A stretch of DNA of 48,324 nt. Source: Octopus bimaculoides. Its lineage: Eukaryota. Below, piece by piece: positions 1 through 11,059 of the stretch; positions within the stretch are counted from its first letter, which is position 1, and every line of letters begins with the position of its first letter. Where the stretch lies: the NCBI RefSeq assembly GCF_001194135.2, contig NC_068982.1, forward strand, positions 63,363,640 through 63,411,963. Reading direction: 5' to 3'. The notes beneath the pieces were generated by a model. It made no database searches, was not told where the DNA came from, and saw only the letters and a program-made list of their open reading frames with translations. A program made the translations under genes and the position numbers.

Positions 1-113
1 CTTATTTACTCTGTCCTCCTCTCCTTCGCTTTGCCACTTCTTTGAAGTGTGACACACACCACAGATACGTACAAAAACCAAACGTTAGGGTATTAATCGT
101 ATTGATAACAGTA

Positions 114-150
<37 letters not shown>

Positions 151-179
151 CGATGACGATGCTGATGATGATGATGATG

Positions 180-249
<70 letters not shown>

Positions 250-270
250 TAATATAATGATAATGATAAT
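114..270 (+). repeat. Compound trinucleotide microsatellite (ATG)n then (ATA)n
   Basis: Directly visible; explains the poly-Met/poly-Ile and poly-His/poly-Tyr ORFs. Confidence 0.98.
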
Positions 271-900
271 AACAACAACATGTTCAGTAGATAAATTTCA
301 TTGAATAACTTCCGAAAAGAGGACATATGAATAAGTTTAGAAATTTTATGATTATGACTAGTCATGTGTGGATAATTTAAGCCATTACACAAGCTGATAG
401 TTTAATTAATAATGGTATTATAGTAATTAGTCATAAATCTGACGTGTGGGATATGTTACTTATAAGAGTAATGTTTCGTCAGATTAATCAAGAAGTAATG
501 AAACAATGGGCGAAGCACGTGGCATTTATGTTAAGAACAAGAAAAGGAAACTTGTTTTAAAATGTAAAGGTCAAGCGTAGGAAACCTTAAGTTTAATTTT
601 CAACAATAGAAGCTACATTCATTGAGGTGTGTGTGTGTATTGTCAAATGACATTGGTATAATTAAGTGAGCAAAAAGGACTTCTAATACCTGTGCACATT
701 CTCAAAAATATTTCCACCATATGGACAACAACACAAATACGTATCTGCTTACATTTATTAGCAGAAACATAGAGGTGAACCCAAGAAATAGGATTTGATA
801 GAACGGAATGGTTAATACACACACACACACACACACAAGAACATACAAATACACACACACATACACTCTCACACAGACATATATGTGTATGCTTTCCTCT

Positions 901-1096
901 GGCCGTGGCCGTGTGGTCGTTTATGGAGATAAGAAGCCCTTTAGGTGTGCCTGAAGGGTAAGAAGCTTGCTTCCCAACCACATGGTTCCGGGTTCAGTCC
1001 CACTGCGTGGCACCTTAAGCAAGTGTCTTCTACTGTAGCCTCGGACCGACCAAAGCCTTGTGAGTTGACTTGGTCGACGGAAACTGAAAGAAATCC

Positions 1097-1098
<2 letters not shown>
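901..1098 (+). mobile_element. tRNA-headed SINE family A, 5' half, head interrupted by about 40 bp
   Basis: GTAAGAAGCTTGCTTCCCAACCACATGGTTCCGGGTTCAGTCCCACTGCGTGGCACC...GACGGAAACTGAAAGAA matches the copy at 4367; B-box-like GGTTCAGTCCC; followed by (TA)n. Confidence 0.9.
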
Positions 1099-1132
<34 letters not shown>

Positions 1133-1611
1133 CATAAATATATAGGGCTCAGCATGAGATGCTATATATATATATAGTCAAAATAAGCACATGATATCAA
1201 GTAGTGTCTCTATTTAACTGAACAATACAATCATTACATCAATTTAAATGCAGTGCCATATTCAGCTGTACAAATAAATAAATAGAATTTTAACCAGTCG
1301 GACACATTAATATAACTTGTCTTAAAATTGTAGCTAAGAATTGACTACACTTCCAAGAATCGCATGAAGCCAATTGGAGCCATAGTGTTGTAAAGTATTG
1401 TAATTTATTTCTGATTCATTTATCTCTTTATCAACTACTCTTGTGTTCTTTCCTCCCTGAGGGAAAGGGATATATATGACAATATTTATGACCATACCTA
1501 GCCATGAGCTGTCAACTCACTCTTGCCCTTTATTCAAAACAGACAGTCTTCTAGTCTTAGATTTATATGCATGTGTTTGTTTGTGTTAATGTAAATTTAC
1601 ACATTTTTTGC

Positions 1612-1657
<46 letters not shown>

Positions 1658-1905
1658 CTTTAACTAACAACGATATTGAAAAAAGTTCGCATTGTAAATG
1701 CTCAAACAAAATCCTATTGTGATTTAGAGAAATAGTCTGTATCGTGAGTTTCATAGACTCATTACGGAAATTTTCTCCTTACGGAATATTTACTTAAAAT
1801 TAGTGAGAAAACAGAGACAACTACCTGTTTGAGTGATTATAGTTGTAGGAATTGTGAGCAATATCTGCAAATAGGTGCGCTGGCATTATCGTTTTTCTTT
1901 GGCAG

Positions 1906-1926
1906 ATGTCACAATACAATATTACC
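1906..1926 (+). other. Candidate 21-nt micro-exon (unverified)
   Basis: TTTTTCTTTGGCAG acceptor, ATGTCACAATACAATATTACC, then GTAAGT donor; length is a multiple of 3 and all frames are open. Could be chance. Confidence 0.15.
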
Positions 1927-3126
1927 GTAAGTCCCGACATTTCGACTTCTCATTGGGAACTGTTTCATATCTCTTGTCACTTATGCCCTTATGAAAGCCT
2001 TGAAAATCATAAATGTTATATTGGTTTCCCGAACAACCCGATGACTTATGGTTATATAAAATACATGGTGGTACCTGAATGTGGTATCAGGCTCTGGCTG
2101 AAACCGATGATAAAATAATAATGAATATGCGTTTATCATAATGGATAGATTGTTTCCTCAAGCACGCAAAAACTGAGTCAGTTTGATCATTCATAGTATC
2201 TAATTTAGTATCTCTTGTTTTGAGTGCTAATGCTACTGAGGTTGACCTTCTAAGTGGTATATATTTTGTTTGCATTAATCAAATATACGTTCACTTTGTA
2301 CAGAATCATATCAGTTACATGAAACTATTCTAACTTGACACAAACATAAATAAATAAAGACATGCATTAAAATTGATACATTTTCTTCTAAATATTCTAA
2401 CTATTTACTTATAAATTCATTGCTACGGAGTGGCTATGCAAAGTAATTTTATTGCTTCTTTCAGTACTGCTATTTTGAATAAGAAATTGTTGTTCAGCAT
2501 GTACTATAGTGTCAAGAATGACTCATAAACTCTATGTATTATTCGATTATTCCTACTCCTAAAACTGAAAATATAAGATACAACTCATATTCAATTAAAA
2601 AATCATAAATCACAGGTGGCTGCTAACTTTCCAACTGACAGCTAAGAGCAGTCAAAAGCTACAGTTTAATAAAATAGAAAACAAACCACTCGAAGATCAG
2701 TTGTAAACCACGACTGCCTTTTAACTCGAATCACAGCCAACGTTTGTGGGTGAGATAGTTTCGCTTATTATATCGATCACAATATGTTTACTAACGAAGT
2801 GGAAACTAACAACTGCAGAAGAGTACAGGTGACTTCTCTTGATGTGCTGAGTACTTGAGTGAAACCATTCAGCTGTTATCATAACTTGTTAGATACTATA
2901 ACTGTTGTTAAAGTTTCCAATATCTCCCCAGTAAGTTTGGTATCTATTTAAAAACAAATCAATGCTTGTCTCGACTATTCGGAATTGAATCTATCCGTTC
3001 ATGCGAAATCAGAAACTACAGATTTTAGATAAATTTGCGTTGTAGTATTTATACATCACTCAAAGACGTTGAAACTGATATTCAAGTCAAATACAAGGTT
3101 ATTATCAGCTGAAATATGCTTGGGTA

Positions 3127-3636
3127 ATATTCGAATCCGTAAGAAAGTCATTCGCTGTTTTGCCAGCTGATTTCGGTGTATTTACACCATTTGCCTACAC
3201 CGAGCAATTTTCTCAATGACAAATCACAGTGAATGGCTTTCTTACGGTTTCGAATATGCTTATAAGTATTTGAACTGGAAATAACCTTGTATATAAACAC
3301 ATCACTGCTGAGCGCTGCTACTCTGTAATTTGCTCACGGTGAGCCACCGATTGGTGCTACCAGCCATTGTACGATGACGGGAATATCATAAGAGAGACAA
3401 TCTCTCTTACCCGCTCGCACCGCACCCAGTCCGGTTTCTGTCACTAAGAGGAAATAACCTCTCCGAAATACTTGCATCTCACAGTATGGGTAGGTGGCGC
3501 TGTGAGCTGATTTTGGTGTATTTACATCATTTGTCTACAGCGAGAAAATTTCACTATGACAAAACATAGTGAATAGCTTCCTTACGGAACTGGTAATGAC
3601 CTTTTATTTATACACATCACTGCTTTACGCTGCTAC
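3127..3636. repeat. Compound element: 31-bp inverted repeat plus 157/132-bp imperfect direct repeats
   Basis: IR arms 3127-3157 and 3227-3257 (28/31 match). Direct repeats 3165-3321 and 3505-3636 differ by a 25-bp indel (3248-3272) and substitutions. Confidence 0.9.
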
Positions 3637-4163
3637 CCAATAATCAAGTCAAAGAATTTTAGGTAGCAATTTACGAAGAAGCCATAGGTGAAAGGTTACA
3701 TCTACACTACAGCATTTACGAGTAGCAGCTCACTACTGGCAATCACTACAAGCAAGGAATAAAATTATAAGTTTTGTGAAGACAATATCTATATATTTAG
3801 CAGAGTCCAGACATAGTGAAACTTAAAATTAAAAGTTAATTCGAGTAAATAAAAGAATACGAGTATGTATAACATCCTATGTCGGGGTGAAATGAAAATG
3901 TGTAAATACTGGATTTCAATATGCTGATGCGCATCTCTGTGTAATAGTATACATTATTGCATGCAGAAGCAAAACAGCAGAGTCTGGAAAGGAAGTTAAT
4001 TACTGAATTTTGTCACATCAAATGTTATCTCTATAATTATCTGTCTTGTTAAAGCGCTGTTGAAATCAGATAACCTTACTCGCCATTTTCTTGTATGAGA
4101 TATTGCACACATAGCTGCCTGTTATTAGTAAACTCTAAACTTTTGTACTGTTACTGATTTCAG

Positions 4164-4243
4164 ACACTGGAGTGTAACAATTATGAGACTAGCTTCTATA
4201 GCAGTGTTGATTACATTGACACCAATAGTTTTATCATTGACTG
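4164..4243 (+). other. Candidate exon encoding a signal-peptide-like MRLASIAVLITLTPIVLSLT(G)
   Basis: TTACTGATTTCAG acceptor, ATG at 4183, CTG|GTATGT donor in phase 1. Its 3' part overlaps a decayed antisense SINE-C relic. No homology support. Confidence 0.22.
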
Positions 4244-4262
4244 GTATGTATTTTTATCTCAC
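4190..4262 (-). mobile_element. Highly decayed SINE family C 3' relic
   Basis: GTTGATTACATTGACACCAAT...ACTGGTATGTATTTTATC resembles GTCGATTACATCGACCCCAGT...ACTGGTACTTATTTTATC of other minus-strand copies, with CpG decay. Confidence 0.5.
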
Positions 4263-4366
4263 AGAGTTTTAGATTTTATTGGCTGATGCTGTTTCCCCCA
4301 TTAATTCGGGAGTGTTTATTGTTTGTTACAATTTGCCGTTGATTGTAAATAAATTGTTTTCTAATA

Positions 4367-4742
4367 GGCGCAGATGTGGCTGTGTGGTAAGTAGCTTGCT
4401 TACCAACCACATGGTTCCGGGTTCAATCCCACTGCGTGGCACCTTGGGCAAGTATCTTCTACTATAGCTTCGGGCCGACCAAAGCCTTGTGAGTGGATTT
4501 GGTAGCCCGTTGTATATATGTATATATTTATGTGTGTGTATATGTTTGTGTGTCTGTTTATCCGCCCAACATCGCTTGACAACCGATGCTGGTGTGTTTA
4601 CATCCCCGTAACTTAGCGTTTCGGCAAAAGAGACCGATAGAATAAGTACTAGGCTTACAAAGAATAAGTGATAGGGTCGATTTGCTCGACTAAAGGTGGT
4701 ACTCCAGCATGGCTGCAGTCAAATGACTGAAACAAGTAAAGA
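4367..4742 (+). mobile_element. SINE family A, near full length
   Basis: Head GGCGCAGATGTGGCTGTGTGGTAAG with A-box-like TGGCTGTGTGG and B-box-like GGTTCAATCCC, internal (TA/TG) tract, 3' end ...GCAGTCAAATGACTGAAACAAGTAAA; about 16-bp internal deletion relative to the copy at 950. Confidence 0.93.
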
Positions 4743-5479
4743 TAGTAGTATTTTATCTTAGCCCCGTCTTTTCAAACGTTTAAGGACTGCATTTTCCAAT
4801 GTGTCATTCATGTTATAATGCAGTGAGATATATTTTCAAGGTTTGGATATTATTTCTATTAGATCGAGCAAGCAGAATGGACCGTCATCGTAAGCGTCGG
4901 TCACCATTTCATGCTTCGTTGTGTTAAGCTATTAGCGTGCCTCTTTAATTAATCTTCTAGATTTGTGTGAAATTCTCTGAATAAAATAGATCTGTTCTTA
5001 ACTATGTATTTCCTGTACAGTTTTGTTTTGTTGTGTATGCTGTAATTCGTTGCAATTGTTCCTTATTGCAAATGTATAGTGAGCTGGAAAGTAAGAATTG
5101 TACTTCTATGAACATTCACACTGTTAGAGACTCATTATTAACAATATAAGTCACATTGATACTCTGCCGCACGTTCACCCCACCTACTCCTACGGGGCTG
5201 GATTTCTTATAGATATAGCGTTTAGCTTTAATGGTTTTCTAGTGAAATAGTAGCGTTAGTGCATGATTGTGCGCAATGCATTTCATGTTATATTTGATGA
5301 AATTTTTATAACGTGTTCACCAATTCTGTAGCTAGTGTAAATTTACTTCATATAATAAACCTTATGTGGCTTGTTATTTTTGACGACTCTTGTCTATGAT
5401 GTACTTATTCTCTTTCAGTTTATTGTATACAAGTTGTCAGTTTGTTTTCTTTTATACTATACATTGCTTCGAGTAGCTC

Positions 5480-5482
<3 letters not shown>

Positions 5483-5552
<70 letters not shown>

Positions 5553-5649
5553 NNNNNNNNNNNNNNNNNNNNNNNNNNNNNNNNNNNNNNNNNNNNNNNN
5601 NNNNNNNNNNNNNNNNNNNNNNNNNNNNNNNNNNNNNNNNNNNNNNNNN

Positions 5650-5718
<69 letters not shown>
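5483..5718. repeat. (TG)n - assembly gap (5553-5649) - (CA)n
   Basis: Directly visible; repeat orientation flips across the gap. Confidence 0.97.
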
Positions 5719-5720
<2 letters not shown>

Positions 5721-6748
5721 TCACATACACATCTTAACTTCATTAATTTCTATAGTGTAAACAAAAATATTATGTCTCTAATTTATATTTCGATGAAATG
5801 GCAATATTGTTTCACAATAGAAATATTTTTATCACATCTAGAAATGGAGTTATTGTATCACAAGCACTTTTTATTCAAGCTGTTCTCAATATAAGATTTT
5901 AGAATAGAGTTGCTTTTCAATGTTAACAAAGAGCTACTCTTATTGACCTTGCTTTCAATAAAATGGCACTAACTAATCAATCCAGACGAGGTATCCAGAA
6001 AGACTTTTAGTTGATCACTCACCCATCAAGTAATTTCAGCCAAATTTTCATCAAATATGACCGTGTTATCTACAAAAGTATTTAAATAATAAATTAATAG
6101 TAAATATATTATGCCAGAATAGCACTGATTAGAAAGCGGTCGGATGGCAGGATTTCCAAACATGAAAGTATTTCTCAAAATAGTGCGATTACAGTCAGAG
6201 AGCATCAATGGTTACGAATCTGGAGAAAGGCACTTAAGAACAACCCATAAAGGTAAGTATTGTGAAACAATCCTCAAAATACCCACACAATTTTACTCGA
6301 AAAATAACAATAACACAGATAGTAAAACTTAGAAACAAAAAATACTGTTCTTGTTTAACTTTCCGAGTCACATGTCCGCACACAAAAATGAAAGTGTCAT
6401 ACATAATACTTAATAAACAAAAACTACTAACGGCACTAACCGCAGCTTTATGGAACAGAAAAATTTCATTCTTCCTAGAGGAATTTATATTATGATAATT
6501 CAGATAATTATCTTTCCACTGGAATTCAGAAGATTCAGCAATGAAAATTATGCTAAAAGAAAAATTAACAAAACCATTCGAATAATAACGTATGAATTTG
6601 CAGTTACTACATAGATAAAACAAATGACACTCTCATACTTATAGGAAACGAGAGTAGACAAGAAATACAGGTATTGAAACTTTAAACTAGCGATACCATA
6701 CATACAAGGGGCATGATAAACATTATATATATATTTATTAATCGCGTG

Positions 6749-6789
<41 letters not shown>

Positions 6790-6811
6790 AGGCATATAAT
6801 ATATGTGTATG

Positions 6812-6842
<31 letters not shown>

Positions 6843-6898
6843 GGCGGTGCCCCAGCGTGGCCACNNNNNNNNNNCTCAGGGATGAAACATTAAAAAGA
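6843..6898 (+). mobile_element. SINE family A 3' fragment spanning a 10-N gap
   Basis: GGCGGTGCCCCAGCGTGGCCAC...GATGAAACATTAAAAAGA resembles the family-A terminus GGCGGTGCTCCAGCATGGCCAC...TGAAACAAGTAAAAGA at 18.8 kb. Confidence 0.55.
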
Positions 6899-6948
6899 AT
6901 ATGTATATATATATGGGTGGATTTATAAAGCGGGATCTACTGTATGTA

Positions 6949-6988
<40 letters not shown>

Positions 6989-7831
6989 TGTTGTGTGTAC
7001 ATACCGACCTCACCAATTCTCCCAGCTATTTGCTTGACACTCGGCTACGACAGTTTCACACACACCTATATACACTACAAACACATAGTTAATCTTACCT
7101 TCTATAACAATCTCTCCCCTCACCCAGATATCACATTGTACTCCTTACACCTACCTACTATAACCACTTGGCAAACAGTTCCCTTACTTCCAGATCATCT
7201 CTTATCCATTGAAATAAAAATGGCATCACTGGATAAAGTAAGAGCATTTTTATATATTGTAAGATTGCGCAATGAAATGGATTCCAGTGAGATAGAAAAT
7301 CAAAAGGACACAACTTAGACACTGCAGTAATACATTAAAAATATTATTTTACAGAGTTATACAACATAAGACAAAATATAAAATGAACAAATACAGTCTT
7401 AATTACACACTAAATAGCCGAACTCTTAAAAATCAGAGATACACCCACAGTTCATCAAAACAACACACAGCAGAGATAAAATTCAGCGTTAAGCATCTAA
7501 ACAAAGAAATCAGAACGAAGTAAACCATAGGTAAAGAGGAAGCCAGCAAACATTTGTTTTCAACATAAACACAAAGCAACAGTAAACATTGTAAAAAGTA
7601 ATTAGCTTGTCAATAACAGAAACTGTGACATTGCTTGTATCACAACAGCGACATGAAATAAATTCCTTTATCATAAAAATCAGCTTCCAAAGCCGTTAAC
7701 GCATTGAATAGTGAAGCACAAGACAAAAAATGCGTGCCTTCCCTAATACCACGACATTAACTCATTCAGTCTGTCAGATATTTCAAAGAAAATAATAGAG
7801 CGATGTAACAACATAACAACTCGAAGGAAAA

Positions 7832-8083
7832 TTGTAATCATTTTGAAGCCTAAATGACCAAAGTGAAATAATGTTATACCAATAGATCATACAGAGATAT
7901 AACAACTCAAAGGATTCCGTGCGAAAAAGAAATCTGAAAGACACCCACCTAAAACATATAAGGCCTGAGGTAAACACATTGCTCTCTCCAAACTTTACGG
8001 CAGATTGTGTCAAGGTTGTCAAGGTTGTAACTATTTTGAAGCCTAAATGACCAATGTGAAGTAATGTTATAACGATAGATTAT
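7832..8083 (+). repeat. Imperfect direct repeat of about 58 bp
   Basis: TTTTGAAGCCTAAATGACCAAAGTGAAATAATGTTATACCAATAGAT at about 7841 recurs as TTTTGAAGCCTAAATGACCAATGTGAAGTAATGTTATAACGATAGAT at about 8034. Confidence 0.9.
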
Positions 8084-9282
8084 CTTCCTAATCACACCTT
8101 TAAAAGTCCGAGACGACTATAACATAATTCACACCCGTCAAATCACAATACAGAATTAAGATCATTGCACATAAGGAATATACAACAAGTCTAAAGCCGA
8201 AAATATAAACTATGACTTTGGCAACAAACAACCTCCAGCATGTAGAATTCTAATTAGCGTCGGAATCAGCAAAACTTTCATGTCCATTTCTCATTATTGA
8301 CTCATACAAAAAGACACAATGACATCTTGAGGACTAAAACAAACAGAAAGCAAATTACCAGTTCGATCGCCATGCATGATAAAGGAAAAGTCTTCTGCAA
8401 CTTGCAATTTCCCAATTGGAGTTTTAGAATGATCCGGTCTTTGATCCATATTTTTACCCTATAGAAATAATACCTTTCTATACCTTCTGAAAACATAGAG
8501 AAATCATTCTAGCCACTATTGCACAACTTTTCAAAATCTATTGAAATCATCAAGAATCATCACTGCGCAACAACAGGAGCGTCTCATACAAATCTACATT
8601 TACAGCTAATACAAGAATACACATTAGAGTAGAAGTTACAAAATGAAAAAGAACAATAACAAATTTGTACGTGCAACGCATTAAGATCCAGCAAAGCTTA
8701 CGTTAGTTCTAACTCGCCCTCTAATCTCTACACAAAAATCACCGGTCATAATAGGTTGTATAAGGATAACATTCGGACACAATCTAGACAACTACAAAAG
8801 TAAAAAAAAAAATATGGTGACAGACTACTTTCTTTTGCAAAAGGGACGGTTGCCGCGGCAAGCTTCAACCTTCTACAGTCCCAGTCACGGAAATAAAAGC
8901 CACGTTTAAACATTTAGATTTCTATACGACACATCGCAAAGCACTTTGACATTAACATCCTAAAAGTAATCACAGCATCATTTGCCTCATTAATCCCCAA
9001 AACTGAACTTTATGCTTTTCCTTGATAAAGCGTACCATCGTTTTTCTGTCATGTGTGTGCTTTCGCTTGATTACTCCCAATATTATTTGTTTCTTTCTTT
9101 CCTCCTTACTTTATCTTAATTAACTTGTTCTTCATGGGACTTTTATCTCGCTTTCTCTTGTTTTCTCTTTCACTTTCTCTTTCTTGCGACATATTTATGT
9201 ATATACATATTATACATATATATGTGTGTCAGTGTGTGTGTGTGTGTGTATAATACCTATATATATATCTATATATATATAA

Positions 9283-9889
9283 NNNNNNNNNNNNNNNNNN
9301 NNNNNNNNNNNNNNNNNNNNNNNNNNNNNNNNNNNNNNNNNNNNNNNNNNNNNNNNNNNNNNNNNNNNNNNNNNNNNNNNNNNNNNNNNNNNNNNNNNNN
9401 NNNNNNNNNNNNNNNNNNNNNNNNNNNNNNNNNNNNNNNNNNNNNNNNNNNNNNNNNNNNNNNNNNNNNNNNNNNNNNNNNNNNNNNNNNNNNNNNNNNN
9501 NNNNNNNNNNNNNNNNNNNNNNNNNNNNNNNNNNNNNNNNNNNNNNNNNNNNNNNNNNNNNNNNNNNNNNNNNNNNNNNNNNNNNNNNNNNNNNNNNNNN
9601 NNNNNNNNNNNNNNNNNNNNNNNNNNNNNNNNNNNNNNNNNNNNNNNNNNNNNNNNNNNNNNNNNNNNNNNNNNNNNNNNNNNNNNNNNNNNNNNNNNNN
9701 NNNNNNNNNNNNNNNNNNNNNNNNNNNNNNNNNNNNNNNNNNNNNNNNNNNNNNNNNNNNNNNNNNNNNNNNNNNNNNNNNNNNNNNNNNNNNNNNNNNN
9801 NNNNNNNNNNNNNNNNNNNNNNNNNNNNNNNNNNNNNNNNNNNNNNNNNNNNNNNNNNNNNNNNNNNNNNNNNNNNNNNNNNNNNNNNN
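9283..9889. other. Assembly gap (607 N), flanked by (TA)n and (GA)n
   Basis: N run. Other gaps: 5553-5649, 6865-6874, 13613-13734, 18052-18631, 25946-26012, 28791-28890, 38643-38818. Confidence 0.99.
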
Positions 9890-9944
<55 letters not shown>

Positions 9945-10734
9945 TGGGGAGATAAGGTAGGAACAGAGAAAGGTGTAGGAAAGGGAAATAGAAAGAGAGG
10001 AAACAAGCTATAGAAGGAGAAAGTGTGAGAGGAGTGGATAGAGGAAGATAAAGAAATATAAGGGACAGGGAACGAAACAGAGAACAAAGAGGAATGTGAG
10101 AAAAGATGACTATTGTGACTAAACGAATAAATATTGTAATGAAAGACAAATAATTCTGTGTATTGTTGATGATAAATGGAAAAAATTAACGCATAGAAAA
10201 GGAAAACTGAATAAAATGAAAGAAACAAATGGAAAATTCCTTTTGGCGTCTCTCTGTTAAGGATTACGTTCCATATTTACGATTATTTAAAGCGTTCGCT
10301 ATATATATAATATTCTTGTAACACGTTTTCCAAAATTTTAACATAGTCGCAATGTAAAAGTGAAGAAATGTCGATATTGATAAAGATATATATATATATA
10401 ATAACCATATTAAACAGCAGAAACATAGCCCTGCAGATGGTTTTCTGCTAGTCTGTATAGTACATATATTATCTTATATTTTTCATAAATATAGAAATAT
10501 ACTGCCCAGTGAGGAATTTTCGAAGATACTTGTGTGTAATTTTAGGGAAATTTTGTTTGGATGCTCTATATAATAGGTCAAGTTACGATATGTTCTGTAG
10601 TGAAAGGAAGGTCTGATAATGTTTCTCTCTCTTTCACACACACATACATGCATATAATTATACAGTCATCTTACTATAATGGGCGTTATATTCGTATGTC
10701 TGTCAATCTGTTCCCTCTTCACGGTCAAAGAACC

Positions 10735-10965
10735 ATCATATTGTTGGCTGCAATCTTTTCACGTGAAATTCTTGATCACAGAGTCTCTAGACCCACACCC
10801 GATCACTGTCAGAAAACACAGCAAACTTGGACGCATCATAGAATATGACAGTGTCCCAAAATGCTAGTGGCCTCTCTACCATCTCACTGGCCCAATCTTT
10901 TCTTCGCTTGATATTGACTGGTCGAAGAAGTGGCTTCCTTCTTGTGTTCTACCATCGTATCCAAG
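10735..10965 (-). mobile_element. Tc1-family transposase pseudogene fragment (first catalytic D region)
   Basis: Manual translation: [64 protein letters not shown], resembling the Tc1 W..VIFSDESKF and KRLQPTVKH motifs. Confidence 0.8.
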
Positions 10966-11059
10966 TTTGTGGAGATACCTGTCTACTGGTCTGGGATTGA
11001 CATATATTTATGAGTGTGCTTCTGTGTTTCACATGTATTTCTGATTGTGCGCCTATGTT

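Noticed and set aside
42-392. Poly-Met/Ile and poly-His/Tyr ORFs (possible reflectin- or His-rich beak protein-like)
   Set aside because: Pure translation of (ATG)n/(ATA)n microsatellites; no reflectin or chitin-binding motifs.
3488-3503. CTCF-like GGGTAGGTGGCGCTGT motif
   Set aside because: Only the 3' half of the motif matches; a single partial site is not evidence of binding.
5371-5894. Long CV/HT-repeat ORFs, and similar ones at 9.2-10.2, 15, 17-18.7, 26, 28.6-29.8, 38.5, 40.5 and 42 kb
   Set aside because: Dinucleotide or tetranucleotide repeats and N gaps that lack stop codons.
6118-6252. Possible exon ending at AAG|GTAAGT (6252)
   Set aside because: Strong donor but no good pyrimidine tract; the 135-nt version has stops in all frames; shorter versions give no recognisable peptide.
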